A DNA stretch of 63,047 nucleotides, counting the filler, from Babesia bigemina (lineage: Eukaryota): NCBI RefSeq assembly GCF_000981445.1. It is 6 parts of 6 records of this genome, joined end to end, with 100 filler letters (N's around TTAATTAATTAA, not from the genome) between each part and the next. Parts side by side here need not be neighbours in the genome. Positions count along the whole stretch, not along the records: positions 24,233 to 33,582 come from NW_012237201.1; positions 33,683 to 59,559 come from NW_012237202.1; 4 more parts are not named here. One strand, 5' to 3'. This document shows, in pieces, positions 30,501-41,169 of the stretch. How positions within the stretch are numbered: position 1 is the first letter of the stretch; each line of letters starts with the position of its first letter. A model generated the notes under the pieces. That model did not search any database. It was not told the origin of the DNA and saw nothing but the letters and a program-made list of their open reading frames with translations. A program made the position numbers and the translations under genes.

Positions 30501-30514
30501 ATCTACAACCGTAA
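24512..30514 (+). CDS. ves1: ves1/VESA1-like ORF (class II tail) with no start codon; frame open back to the 22-mer array
   Basis: IKSLQSEKSKLSCPFKY... in frame with LKSVEEKIVQLGHLAGKLGGFVGES, SDLDRLCD, Cys-rich domain, TM helix, AQVGRLAKISYLQP. Confidence 0.8.
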   Translation: MKSLQSEKSKLSCPFKYSDKETYCQYYEKQISDTTKKLKESGKKENEIAENHNIKFKKTCLEECINAHKKHPPSPALKSVEEKIVQLGHLAGKLGGFVGESDSVNKAVKNAIIAVINSNEELKNEYSSHVTTLSESVKSADQAVGTVEIEQLSQRVSQEITLITQRINSPKNLPNNLPPSPSPSADSAELQPKLEALRKVEKLCGFYENLNTKQNDPKKLLDNLCSGLEKFLGFNSDSKGYDGSGIVYSDLDRLCDGVMAFLSGVLSNIKEHLGQHKDIIQPVIDTLNTNKHGGKKGFNEAIGSVVEGVGRYNKAVEQSNTSIKTPIRNLYSYLKPEKGELTIGLNALQVTEQPGQHVVDQAERLVATTLQKSKQFDSELKRVETHINDLNANCKTLVNHARKNVSYETKRLEELSKSGKTSMTDMERKITDTCQTLKEAIKSGITAEVEILVRDLKKKVFDILMQLKDINEKLKEYVRNLDQWMLKANAVASEAADEAKFINGRRPGFEDQNAIKKIVRELNERSGVLCRYIDDVKEEFNTKVKAALQQVKDMDGKLKEDLKKVKDEVGKKVKEIKEAIGYLYNKVTGTLGPVSNEKTIEEIMKHIKGQVEIIKQKVGSEDTPNKNDPLSIDYNWDALKTKIMDRVSEIYDKKGIGNMNYLGNIEKGVATYAALFNDARVGNGLEKTVGGWVEGIVMSHAVQSLLKEYFDQNKTSGYFDGSLKNDIPGALRRYVTPNLMLSVKEAVRTIKPSHNFYTASTVNEKLIYIREYLGQLSNDVMRKEGEIVSAVAGFVELQKDVVQYGRGITQRKFFLTSAVRVVLSALKHTAEKIAEQLQNFTDDGAIGLGSRVKASILTVNQIGGEFETIGNSLGAKIQAALDGVKPSIKNLHYNVDKSVELSAREGVPNDAKAVDTAIKGVTEELEKKLIANGDTVTLDKDTTFAQYNGFVDQTKVGGEPDALEGTLPTKIKEIGTYADTGFSVDPTREALEKWSENLANNLKSLLTAFAKSGTFIQEKLNTLTKETIGKDLKQIKEKLSELQKELESGPIQKATVFSDEAQKLQQKCIQSLHVHVEAKIKQANSDVTTEARKQYLCAVKSLLTVFSNKVKSELNAVLRDINNDLNIGHKKFMSTFGETFVKSVNDIDAVNANDFAAEKSPLSVSADLLNTAVRTLFSELEKQKDFAPDFKRIASTQAAARKLLYNLTKSRQFDHVFSLDLDELKTVLAQCLPQKFGDGKCPLLLEALLKGFMPLVEELEKQYVGRYSGRVYDVSDERSYAKVFITCFYTLHKTLNKLNKGCMNGGPWNDKPCCEKGKRGENPFGQFMIQCGFRIAKDADSKDGELKHPSDKFTSKAIHDKLLDSKFIDPELRTHLIKCESNIHNKPDQFDIFDLLDCTLHHFDRYNELCHIPTASSTKVPSSIYDMLIWFCSLPYSAVYPTLLRDTISDLLTDKAKQKPQAHDGLEFTFIDPASQSLAAYPKSIPYSEVVSALEHLCSKSHDVLTCIVGYGDAYSTYGSDYCNNSFGFKYPSSGEDCLQMITDLLRRLLHCLRYLHKQCGVTAKHNGWSDCRFGKDVKSAKWECKDHSTDEPNCQANDKATCQATCQAKSPLQSYLTDCLYGHLPHQLTSVGCKSTCKSCPGSSPGMPCLTPLGFSGFSGSTRKGTDLCEVLDAFFSNDYLSSLFTLAPRPPETLPEHIGFALSLAAALNAGQPVRKPAQESFSDAFEKSIKGATISLYENPSNYTAAVKNAYKNTQSHEGHSHPPATEADVYTLMFPSTCLRSSDDRLYCAPYLYTLGMDTHHYLAYQHTNLYLSWTMYLPWTFYSYLRSLLEAFKNVSCQEWECSKCMHRGKCKKGQHGVDYNCQCKGIIECRGVSSAFHKYGFTFGDPAILSEVEGKRYCHNFYNQLVNVLKSNCFAKLFDKCDEFLWIIRQPFTYLVLALWSLSLFYLLCVMVGRLDVLHIKSHLRSPSSHRITAQSLLAAAQVGRLAKISYLQP

Positions 30515-30659
30515 TTGTATTCACGTTTGTAATTCACAGCAACTCACGTAACGACTCACCTACTCACCTAACCGACAAACGTAGTCTAATGTCTCGAATT
30601 ACTCTAGCGGCAACCTGGGAACTAGATAGCGTTGAGATTAAGTGATGACTGAACGACAA

Positions 30660-31229
30660 AGAAACATGGTAACCTAGCACCCAAGCAAAGTGCTAAGCTG
30701 GCAACCAGGCAAAGTGCTGAGCTAGCAACCAGGCAAAGTGCTGAGCTAGCAACCAGGCAAAGTGCTAAGCTGGCAACCAGGCAAAGTGGTAACCTAGCAA
30801 CCAGGCAACGTGGTAAGCTAGCACGCAGGCAACGTGGTGACCTAGCAACCAGGCAACGTGTTGACCTAGCAACCAGGCTAAGTGCTAAACTAGCAACCAG
30901 GCAAAGTGGTAAGCTAGCATCCAGGTAAAGTGGTAAACTAGCAACCAGGCTAAGTGGTAAGCTAGTAACCAGGCAACGTGTTGACCTAGCAACCAGGCAA
31001 AGTGCTAAGCTAGCAACCAGGCAAAGTGCTAAGCCAGCACCCAGGCAACGTGTTGACCTAGCACTCAGGCAAAGTGCTAAGCTAGCACTCAGGCAAAGTG
31101 CTAAGCAAGCATCCAGGCAAAGTGGTAAGCTAGCACCCAGGCAAAGTGCTAACCTAGCACCCAGGCAAAGTGCTAACCTAGCACCCAGGCAAAGTGCTAA
31201 CCTAGCACCCAGGCAAAGTGGTAAGCTGG
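30660..31229 (+). repeat. 21-bp minisatellite array
   Basis: Tandem CCAGGCAAAGTGCTAAGCTAGCA-type units. Confidence 0.95.
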
Positions 31230-31513
31230 CGGATGAACCGTAATTTGGTAGGTGTTGTGGCACGTTGATTGCCTGGTGCCTTGAGTTAGGCGTTGACTGT
31301 GAGAGGTGTCTGCGTTGCCCATTGAGTCAGTGTTACGTGAGGCTGGGTGATTGGTCGCTAACGTAGGCGGTCGTGAAGGCCGCGGCGAGTGACCTAAGTC
31401 GTGTGTTGCGAGTCACTGGCGGGGTGGCGCAATCCGAGTTGGCCTGGTTAAGTAGCATTTATAGGCGGCAATGTAACGATCGTTAATATCACATTTAGGC
31501 ACGTAGCCGACAC
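31230..31513 (+). repeat. Conserved ~285-bp non-coding element (second copy at 59660-59950, inverted)
   Basis: Aligns by eye with the reverse complement of 59660-59950; both follow a 21-mer array. Confidence 0.85.
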
Positions 31514-31734
31514 GCTCCGCCAGCATGGCGCCGATACCGCGGCTCGTAGCACGGTGCTGCTGCACTGTGGGAGTTGAGCGCACGGGTCGCTGCAATTTTA
31601 ATGGCGTTGCAAATAGTGAATAATTTAGAGTGACAGTTGTTGCCGATCACATGCGTCGCGTCAGGTTTAGCAGTGGTATCCTGGGCAGCGTGGGTGTCGG
31701 TGGCCTGGGCTGGGGGGATACAGGGGTTAGGGTG

Positions 31735-32250
31735 CGTGTTGCAGTTGGTGAGTGCGTTGGTAGGTGATTGATATGTTCGCAGGTTGAGGGGACTGGGCGC
31801 GGAAGTGGTAGTGTTGCAGTTGGTGAGTGCTGCTTGAGTGATTGACATGTTTGCAGGTTGAGGGGAGTGGGAGGGGCAGTGGTAGTGTTGCAGTTGGTGA
31901 GTGCTTGCTTAGGTGATTGATATGTTTGCAGGTTGAGGGGAGTGGGAGCGGCAGTGTAAGTGTTGCAGTTGGTGAGTGCTTGCTTAGGTGATTGATATGT
32001 TTGCAGGTTGAGGGGAGTGGGAGCGGCAGTGTAAGTGTTGCAGTTGGTGAGTGCTTGCTTAGGTGATTGATATGTTTGCAGGTTGAGGGGAGTGGGAGCG
32101 GCAGTGTAAGTGTTGCAGTTGGTGAGTGCTGCTTAAGTGATTGATATGTTCGCAGTTGAGGGGACTGGGAGCGGCAGTGTAAGTGTTGCAGTTGGTGAGT
32201 GCGTTGCTAGGTGATTGATAAGTTTGCAGGTTGAGGGGACTGGGAGTGGG
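31735..32250 (+). repeat. 75-bp tandem repeat (~7 units) containing splice-like signals
   Basis: TATGTTTGCAG recurs at 31921, 31996, 32071; each unit contains GTGAGT...TTTGCAG. Confidence 0.9.
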
Positions 32251-32724
32251 AAGATGAGTGATTGGACTCCTCCGTGTACGTGTGGCAAGAGCTGTACAAA
32301 GCGTGACTGTAAATGCTGTTCATGGTGTTGTAGGGGATGTAACAAATATTGTCGTCTATGTGCCAGTTTCCGAATTTCGCGCATGAGTGGAGCATGGCTG
32401 TGCGATCATTCGAGATGTCAAAAATGTGACACCAGCTGTCAATGTTACTGTTGTGTGGCAAAACGCCCTGCTGTCTATGTTCGTACTTCCACCGGTGAAC
32501 GGTTTGTTGCTTCTGCCCCCGGCGCTCTGTCTCAAATCTCCACTCAACAGCTCTCTGACAGCGTCTCTCTTCGAGCATCTTCTACCGATGACTCTACGTC
32601 ATCCAATTTTAATCCCCTCCCTTACATCATCACCCCCGTCGCCCTCATCATCGTCGTCATCTGCGCCATGATCTACTTCCGCATCCGGCCGTTCCACAGG
32701 GTGCGGTATCTACTGCGCAGCTGA
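32230..32724 (+). CDS. Small Cys-rich membrane protein (probable terminal exon)
   Basis: CTCGKSCTKRDCKCCSWCCRGCNKYC, Ser/Thr stalk, TM PYIITPVALIIVVICAMIYF, basic tail; preceded by TTTGCAG acceptor at 32229. Confidence 0.7.
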   Translation, partial: VEGTGSGKMSDWTPPCTCGKSCTKRDCKCCSWCCRGCNKYCRLCASFRISRMSGAWLCDHSRCQKCDTSCQCYCCVAKRPAVYVRTSTGERFVASAPGALSQISTQQLSDSVSLRASSTDDSTSSNFNPLPYIITPVALIIVVICAMIYFRIRPFHRVRYLLRS

Positions 32725-32770
32725 TTACAATCATCTAACTGGCAACTGACATCTAATGTTATAGACAGTA

Positions 32771-32929
32771 ATGATTGCGTTGATGATCAATCGCATGAGC
32801 AGCGAGGTGACTACCTCCCCCGCCCCTTACATCATCGCCTCCGTCGCTTTCATCATCGTCGTCATCTGCGTCATGATCTACTTCCGCATTCGGCCGTTCC
32901 ACAGGGTGCGGTATCTACTGCGCAGCTAG
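32771..32929 (+). CDS. 52-aa ORF or alternative exon duplicating the TM and tail of the upstream gene
   Basis: MIALMINRMSSEVTTSPAPYIIASVAFIIVVICVMIYFRIRPFHRVRYLLRS*, translated by hand (below ORF-track cutoff). Confidence 0.45.
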   Translation: MIALMINRMSSEVTTSPAPYIIASVAFIIVVICVMIYFRIRPFHRVRYLLRS

Positions 32930-33012
32930 TCACAATAACCGAACTGGCCACTGACATGTAATGTTGTAGACAGAGTAATCATTGCGTTGATGACAAATCA
33001 CATGAGCAGTGA

Positions 33013-33174
33013 GGTGACCATGACCCTCCCTACTCCGCCATCGCCGCCGTCATCGTTGCCATCATCGTCGCCATCATCCTGCTCGACCTGTGCATCTTCC
33101 GCTTCCCGGTGGGCCGCAACATCCGCGATTTCCTCGTACGCAAGATACCGTTCTGCATCGCATTCTACAGCTAA
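33013..33174 (+). CDS. Third, divergent TM and tail segment with no ATG (putative exon)
   Basis: GDHDPPYSAIAAVIVAIIVAIILLDLCIFRFPVGRNIRDFLVRKIPFCIAFYS*. Confidence 0.5.
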   Translation, partial: GDHDPPYSAIAAVIVAIIVAIILLDLCIFRFPVGRNIRDFLVRKIPFCIAFYS

Positions 33175-33298
33175 TCTCAGCGATTTGTTAGCGTAAACAA
33201 TGTAATCCAAATCCCAATGATCACGTAACTGGCAACTGACATCTAATGTTCTAGACAGAGTAATGATCGCGTTGATGACCAGTCACATGAGCAGTGAG

Positions 33299-33582
33299 GT
33301 GACCAACGTGCTGACCAATGCCATGACCAGAGTGGTGACCAATGCCATGACCAAAGTGCTGACCAAAGTGATGACCAACGTGGTGACCAGAGTGGTGACC
33401 AAGGTGATGACCAAAGTGCTGACCAATGCCATGACCAACGTGCTGACCAATGCCATGACCAAAGTGTTGACCAATGCCACGACCAAAGTGGTGGCCTATG
33501 TGCTGACCAAGGTGCTGACCAAAGTGCTGACCAATGTGCTGACCAACGTGATTACCAAGTTATGGTCACGGCAGCGGTGACA
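33299..33582 (+). repeat. 12-bp array followed by the start of a 20-bp array
   Basis: GACCAAAGTGCT / GACCAATGCCAT units, then GGTCACGGCAGCGGTGACA. Confidence 0.92.
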
Positions 33583-33682
33583 NNNNNNNNNNNNNNNNNN
33601 NNNNNNNNNNNNNNNNNNNNNNNNNNTTAATTAATTAANNNNNNNNNNNNNNNNNNNNNNNNNNNNNNNNNNNNNNNNNNNN
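33583..33682. other. Artificial contig spacer
   Basis: N run with TTAATTAATTAA. Confidence 0.97.
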
Positions 33683-35005
33683 TACATCGCTCTTAACCCA
33701 CCCTACATCGCCCTTTGTCCACTCTACATCGCTCTTAACCCACCCTACATCGCCCCTTAACCCACTGTACATCGCTCCCTAATCCACTCTACATCGCTCC
33801 CTAATCCACTCTACATCGCTCCCTAATCCACTCTACATCGCTCCCTAATCCACTCTACATCGCTCCCTAACCCACTCCACATCGCTCCCTAATCCACTCT
33901 ACATCGCCCCTTTATCCACTCTACATCGCCCCTTTACCCACTCTACATCGCTCCCTAACCCACTCTACATCGCTCCTCTATCCACTCTACATCGCCCCTT
34001 TTTCCACCTTACATCGCCCCTTTATCCACTCTACATCGCCCCTTTACCCACTCTACATCGCCCCTTAATCCACTCTACATCGCCCCTTTACCCACTCTAC
34101 ATCGCCCCTTAATCCACTCCACATCGCTCCTTTATCCACTCTACATCGCCCCTTTATCCACTCCACATCGCTCCTTGACCCACCTTATATCGCTCCCTAA
34201 CCCACTCTACATCGCTCCCTAACCCACTCTACATCGCTCCCTAACCCACTCTACATCGCTCCCTAACCCTGTCTACATCGCCCCTTTATCCACTCCACAT
34301 CGTCCCTTAACCCACTCTACATCGCCCCTTTATCCACTCCACATCGCTCCCTAACCCACTCCACATCGCCCCTTTACCCACTTTACATCGCTCCTCTACC
34401 CACTCCACATCGCTCCTTTATCCACTTTACATCGCCCCTTCATCCACTCTACATCGCCCCTTAACCCACTCCACATCGCCCCTTTATCCACTCTACATCG
34501 CCCCTTTATCCACTCTACATCGCTCCCTTATCCACTCTACATCGCCCCTTTATCCACTCTACATCGCTCCCTTATCCACTCTACATCGCCCCTTTATCCA
34601 CTCTACATCGCTCCTTTATCCACTCTACATCGCCCCTTTACCCACTCTACATCGCCCCTTTACCCACTCTACATCGTTGCCTAACCCACTCCACATCGCT
34701 CCCTAACCCACTCTACATCGCCCCTTTATCCACTCTACATCGCCCCTTTATCCACTCCACATCGCTCCCTAACCCACTCTACATCGCTCCTCTATCCACT
34801 CTACATCGCCCCTTTATCCACTCCACATCGCTCCTCTATCCACTCTACATCGCTCCCTAACCCACTCTACAACGCCCCTTAACCCACTCTACATCGCCCC
34901 TTAACCCACTCTACATCGCCCCTTTATCCACTCCACATCGCTCCCTATCCACTCTACATCGCCCCTTAACCCACTCTACATCGCCCCTTTATCCACTCTA
35001 CATCC
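33683..35005 (+). repeat. 22-bp minisatellite array (~1.3 kb)
   Basis: Tandem CCACTCTACATCGC(C/T)CCT(T/A)... units. Confidence 0.96.
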
Positions 35006-35032
35006 CTCTAATCACCTCGCCATAATACCGCT

Positions 35033-38000
35033 ATGATTTTTATAAACCACAATAATAACTTGTGACTTGTCACCCTTCACTTCCCTTACTTCTTCTACTG
35101 TCGCCTCGTCTGCCGACTCGGCTCTTTCTACTGGCAAGCCTACTAAGTCTACTACTCCCGCGAAAAAAAGTTTTGAAGAGATTAAAAAAGACATTAATGA
35201 AGAAGTTACAAAGCTTCCTAAAACCATAAAAGAACTTGAAAATGACTCTTCTAATGATGATGTTACTAAGCGTTTATCTGACTGTCAGTCCAAGTTGGAG
35301 GCTTTGCAGACTGTGAATAAGCTTGCTGAATTTGCTGATTCACTTACTAAAAAACCTGAAAATGATAATATTTTAACGCATTTATGTTCCGCCCTCGAGA
35401 AATTCCTCGGCTTCGACCCGAAATCAAAAGGCTACGACGGCAGTGGTATTGTGTACTCTGACCTTGACAGGCTGTGTGATGCAGTGATGGGATTTTTGAG
35501 TGGTGTGCTTAAGGATGTCAGCGAGAAACAGCCTTACAGTGTGGGTAAAAATGATTTAAAACATTTTGTTGAGACAGAATTAAAAACTAAATTATCCACC
35601 GGGCGTGAGGGTTTTAAGGTCATTGAGCAGGTGGCGAGGAAGGTGCGGGAGTATAATGATAAAGTAAAAACATCGAATGAAAAAGTGAAAAACATCATAA
35701 ATGAAATGAAAAACAGCGTCGGTGAGACGTTGACAAAAAAGATGCATGCTATAAATAATGATCATCCTGTAGAAACTGACGTCACGGCAGCCGAAGCCTT
35801 GGCCAACGAGTATGCTTCAAAAGGTACGGATTTCATAAACGGTTTCCGTGTTCGAAAGGATTTCAATATTAAACAAGGTGCGAAGTACGATGATATAGAC
35901 GAATTTAAGGACTTGAATCCTGACGTACAACAGAAAATTACTAATGCTATACAAAACATTTCGTATGAAGCTACACGGCTTGGTGCGTTGTCTGCGAAGG
36001 AAATAAGTAACTTTGATGAGATGACAGCGAAGATCAAAGATACGTTTAGTTCGCTTAAAAGATGCGTGAATGATCAGATCGGCCTTAAAGTACATGCCCT
36101 CGTTTCCGAATTAGTGAAAATAATAAACAACATTTGGAACTCGCTAAATGAAATTGCCGATACGCTGCGGCAATATATAACAGAGTTGGTGGAGTGGATT
36201 ATTGAGGCAGACAAAATCATGACTGAAGCAATCAAGGGGGCGAGGGAAATTGAACAGAAGAATCCGGGCTGGAGAGAGCAGCTAACAATTGAGGGTAAAG
36301 CAAACGAATTGAAAAACAAAGGTGAACAGCTTTATCAGAAATTCGAGAGTGCAAAGCAGAAAGTTGAGAACAATGTAAAAGCAGCGCTTGGGAAGGTGAA
36401 AGAGATGGACGGGAAGCTGAAGGAGGATTTGTATAAGGTTAAGCAAGCGGTGGATGCGCAGGTGGCGGAGATTAAAAATAAGATTGGACAGATGTACAAG
36501 CAAATTGACCCAAGTGTCAACCAGGTAACGGCGGATAACAAGCAAAAGATTGATACACTAATGAAGCACATTAAATCAAAAATTGGAGTGATTGCGGGAA
36601 GTGGCGTAAGAGTAACGAAAGGACTAGATATAATAAAAAAAACAATTAAAACATACGTCAGAGCGTTTAGAGAAAGCTTGGGGGGAAAGGTTGAAGAATG
36701 GTTAACAGATATTATAAAGAAGGAACCAGTGAAATGGTATATTTCAAAGTATGCCTTAAATAATAAGAATATAATTCATCAGGAATACCGGAATGCTACT
36801 GATGACGATGATGTGTATTCACAACTTGCCACTAAAATTGCAAGCGTTATTAAGGGGCAGTTCGAAAGTGAAGTTAACGGCAACATGATCCGTAAAGCTG
36901 TTGAAGACGTAGCTTCGAATCAAAATGCAAACATCGAAAACAATTTGCAAGACATTAAAACCATTTGCACAAGTTTTGCAGACGCACTTGATCGGAAACT
37001 TAAGAACAGCGCCTTGAAAGGTTCCCAGGTTCAAAATCCTGAAATTACATCTTTCATCAAAAGTATAGCAAGCACAATTGAGAAAGCGCTCAGGGAATCG
37101 GACTATGATTCTTCAACGGCCATCCCCGATTTTTATCTTATATCTGGTCTCCACTCCATCCTCCCGTCGTTGGCTGCTTCCGCAAGGCATCTAGCAAAGG
37201 AAGTTGATAGCCTCGCCTTGCAGCCTAACGGAAACAGTATTGGCAAACAATTGGACGACGCAGCGTCCACGGCTAATGAGCTATACGGTAGGTTCGAGAC
37301 GGTGCTTGGCTTACCACCTGATCCCGACCGTGAAAAACCCAATCACGCCAAAGCCGTCGACACCGCGATCGAGGGTGTGACTGCAGAGCTTGCGAAAAAG
37401 CTGAAGCCAGGTGACGCTAATGCGGTCAAGCTTGATAAAGACGATACGTTCCGGCAATACAATGGTTTCGTCGAGCAAGATAATTTGGCCGCCCTTACTA
37501 ACCCTGACTTCAACATCATCAAAAGCGCAGGCTCCCTCCCCGCGGCGATCGGTGTGATCAGAGAAAAAATGGTGAAAGACCTAGATGAGGCATGCAAGGA
37601 GACAAAAAACGCAACCGTATTCGACACATTATCCAAAGAAATCAAAAATAGTCTAAATGCGCTTGTCAATGCGTTTGCAGAAGCTGGTGAAGAGGTTAAA
37701 AAAAAATTGGTAACTTTTAATAATACGAAAATCGGCAAAACTGCACACGGCGTTGAAGCCGCAAGCGACACTTTGCAGAAACTTCAGAAGAATCTCCTCG
37801 ATTTGCTAACCGGTAAACTGGAACCTCTCATTAAGTTGGCCAACAAATGCATCAGAAGTGACGCCGACGTGTTTAAAAAACGATGCATTGACAGCCTCAC
37901 ACAACATGTCAACACTGAATCTCAAGAAGCAGTAGACAAGCTCATCACTCAAGCAAGAAAGCTGTGCATATCGTCAATGAAGTCTTCCCTCGAACAATTT

Positions 38001-40727
38001 TCGGGGAAGGTCACCGAGGAGCTGAAGCCCCTGCCCACCCTCATCGACACCGACAGGCGGCACGGCTTTAAGGGTTTTATGCGGACGTTGGAAGGGACGA
38101 TTGGAGATGATGGTGGGACGACGGACGAGAATATTGCGAGACTCAAGGGTCTCGTAGGTCAGCTGTCAGGGCATGTGAAACATAAGGACACGTTCCAAAA
38201 TCTGTCGCAGAAATTCAAACAGTTCTGGCATCCACTCCACGACTACCTCAAAGAAGAGACCAAAAGAGTTCACGCAGCGAATAACGAGAAAACCAATCCC
38301 GAGCCCACCGGCGAGGAACCACTCTACACCTCCAAACTCGACGCTGCTAATACCGCGCTCAACAGCCTACTCGATCACATTAGTAATCACCGCTACAACC
38401 ACGAAGTGCCCTTCATGCTAGATCAGCTCTCCGCTGCAATTGCCACCCTCGCTCCCGAATCCTTTGCCAGGACCACGACCCCCCTGCTTGACGGTATAAG
38501 TAAGGGGCTGGGTAAGTTTGCGGCTGAACTAGGGAAGGCGTACATCTCTGCCTACGACAGTGAGACGTTTGGCGGCGAAATGTTCGAGAAGCAGAAATTA
38601 ACGCCGTATGGCGCCAAATTCGCCAAAATATGCTTCACCGTGGTATGCACCCTAAAGGCCACTTTGACCGACTTGACGCACAATTGCAAGAGTCTACGTG
38701 GACAGCAAATTAATAAGTCCACCGACGTGGGAAGATCGTTTGTCGCCCACGGCTACGCGGTCTCCGATGCGACGCTGCAAAACGGCGAGTTGCAAAACAA
38801 ACCGACAGTGGCGGGGGAGAACGTTGCCAAGCGGCTGCTGCTACCAATTCGCGGCGCCAACGAGAACCAACACCTTAGATGGTGTGAATCGAACAAGCAG
38901 AGAAAAGCCGACCACTTCCACGTCTTCGACGCCATTGACTGCATATTCAGTCACTTCGAGCAGTACAATGAACTGTGCCACCTGCTCACGGCCTCAGCGA
39001 AGCAGCACCCGTGCTCCGTGTACGACATATTGATCTGGCTCAGCGGTTTCCCGTACACTGCAGTATATGCTTCGATGCGTGATATAACCATCAGTGATCT
39101 GTTTGACAACCCGCATAAGAAGGCGGCCGGCGACGACGAACTTGAGCTCACATCGACTGACATGGCAGCCCAATCCATAACGGCGCACCCCCGAAACATA
39201 TCGTATACTTACGTACGTAAAGCTGTGGACCATATCTGTGCGACGTCGTATGACGTGTTGACTGCCGTCGTCGGCACTGGCGACTCCAGGACCGTTTACG
39301 CCTCCGACTTCTGCAACAACTCATTCAATTTCCATTACCCATCCGATCCGTCGGACTGCCTTGACATGCTGCTGGACCTACTGCGCCGATTGTTGCCCGT
39401 GTTCCGGTTCCTGGAACTGCAGTGTAACATCAAGCCTGAACACCACGGCTGGTCACACTGCCGCTACGGGAGGGACATCCCTACAACCAAATCGCAGTGT
39501 AACGAGCACTCAAGCGAGGAACCAAACGGCCAAGCAAAGTGCCAAGTAAATTGCCAAGCAACGTCCCCGCTTATGTTATACCTCAGTGACAGCCTCCCTG
39601 GCCATCTGCCGCACCAACTGCAGTCAGTGGGATGCAGGGCGAAATGCAGCACCTGCTCCAAGAGCGCTCCAGGGCAACCGTGCCTGCTTCCTCTCGGATT
39701 TAAGGGCTTCTCGGGAAGCTCCAAAACGGGCAGGCAGTTGCGTGACGTAATCAATACCTTCCTCAGTACAGGCTTAATATCCTCACTGATGTGCCTTCTG
39801 CCCAAGCCACCATCGACGCTGCCCGAGCACTTCCAGTTTGTATTTACCTTGGTTGGTGCGTTTAATGCTAGCAGAGATGGCAACTCAAATGCCGTCAATG
39901 CTGCGTTTGTGAAGGCAATCAAGAAGCAGTCCATCGACTTGTATGCGGAGCCATCAGAACTCACAGGCGCGCTTAGTGACGCTTACAGAAGCAGCCAAAG
40001 TCATGAGGGTAGAAATCATCCGAGACCTACGGAGGCCGACCTGTCAAGTCTGTCTAAAACAGAGTCCTGCAAATACGCTAGTACTGACGATGTTCACTGC
40101 GCTCCGTACCTGACCACGTTGCACAGCGATGCATACCAATACGCGGCCGAAAAGCACGCCGGCCTCTACCTGTCATGGGCAGTGTACTTACCGTGGTCGT
40201 TCTGGCAGTGTCTTGAATCTTTGTTCAGGGCGTTTACCAATATATCCTGCCAGGATTGGGGATGTCGTCGCTGTACGCACGGCACAGCTTGTAAACGGGG
40301 TAAGCATGGCGCTGCCTATAACTGCCAGTGCAAAGGCCTCGTTGAATGCCGCGGTGTCATAAGCACGTTATATAGTTTCGGGTTCACGTTCGGCAATCCT
40401 GAAAAATTGTTAGACGCTGAAGGTAGAAGGTATTGCCACAATTTCTACAAACAACTCAACAATGTATTAAATTCCAACTACTTCAGAACGCTGTTCGAAA
40501 AATGCGACGAATTCATATTCACCATTAGACAGCCGTTTATATGGCTTAACGTCGCACTCTGGTCACTATCCCTCTTCTACCTCATCTGCGTAATGGTTGG
40601 CAGACTGGATGTGCTCCACATCAAATCACACCTGAGATCACCGTCATCGCACAAGATAACGGCGCAATCACTGTTGGCTGCAGCGCAAGTCGGAAGGCTT
40701 GCCAAGATATCGTATCTACAACCGTAA
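35033..40727 (+). pseudogene. ves1: ves1/VESA1-like gene (class II tail); leader ATG at 35033 meets TGA at codon 11 and is out of frame with the intact 1886-aa body ORF (35067-40727)
   Basis: ATG ATT TTT ATA AAC CAC AAT AAT AAC TTG TGA; body has SDLDRLCD, Cys-rich domain, TM, AQVGRLAKISYLQP. Confidence 0.72.
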
Positions 40728-40869
40728 TTGTATTCACACTTGTAATTCACATCAACTCACGTAACTACTCACCTACTCACCTAACCGACAAACGTAGTCT
40801 AATGTCTCGAATTACTCTAGCGGCAACCTGTGAACGAAATAGCACCTAGATTAGGTGATGACTAAACGA

Positions 40870-41158
40870 CAAAGCAATGTGTTGACCTAGCAACCAGGCA
40901 AAGTGCTATGCTAGCAACCAGGCAAAGTGCTAACCTAGCACGCAGGTAAAGTGCTAAGCAAGCAACCAGGCAAAGTGCTGAGCTGGCAACCAGGCTAAGT
41001 GCTGAGCTGGCAACCAGGCAAAGTGCTAAGCTAGCACCCAGGCAAAGTACTAAGCAAGCAACCAGGCAAAGTGCTAAGCTGGCACACAGGCAAAGTGCTA
41101 AGCTAGCACCCAGGCAAAGTGCTAAGCTAGCAACCAGGCTAAGTGGTAAGCTGGCACC
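40870..41158 (+). repeat. 21-bp minisatellite array
   Basis: CCAGGCAAAGTGCTAAGCTAGCA-type units. Confidence 0.95.
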
Positions 41159-41169
41159 TGACCAAGTTA

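Noticed and set aside
30622..31263. LALCLGA-repeat ORFs (also 40862-41176, 49460-49906, 59910-60311)
   Set aside because: Translation of the 21-bp repeat antisense to the ves genes; lengths vary and stops interrupt the arrays
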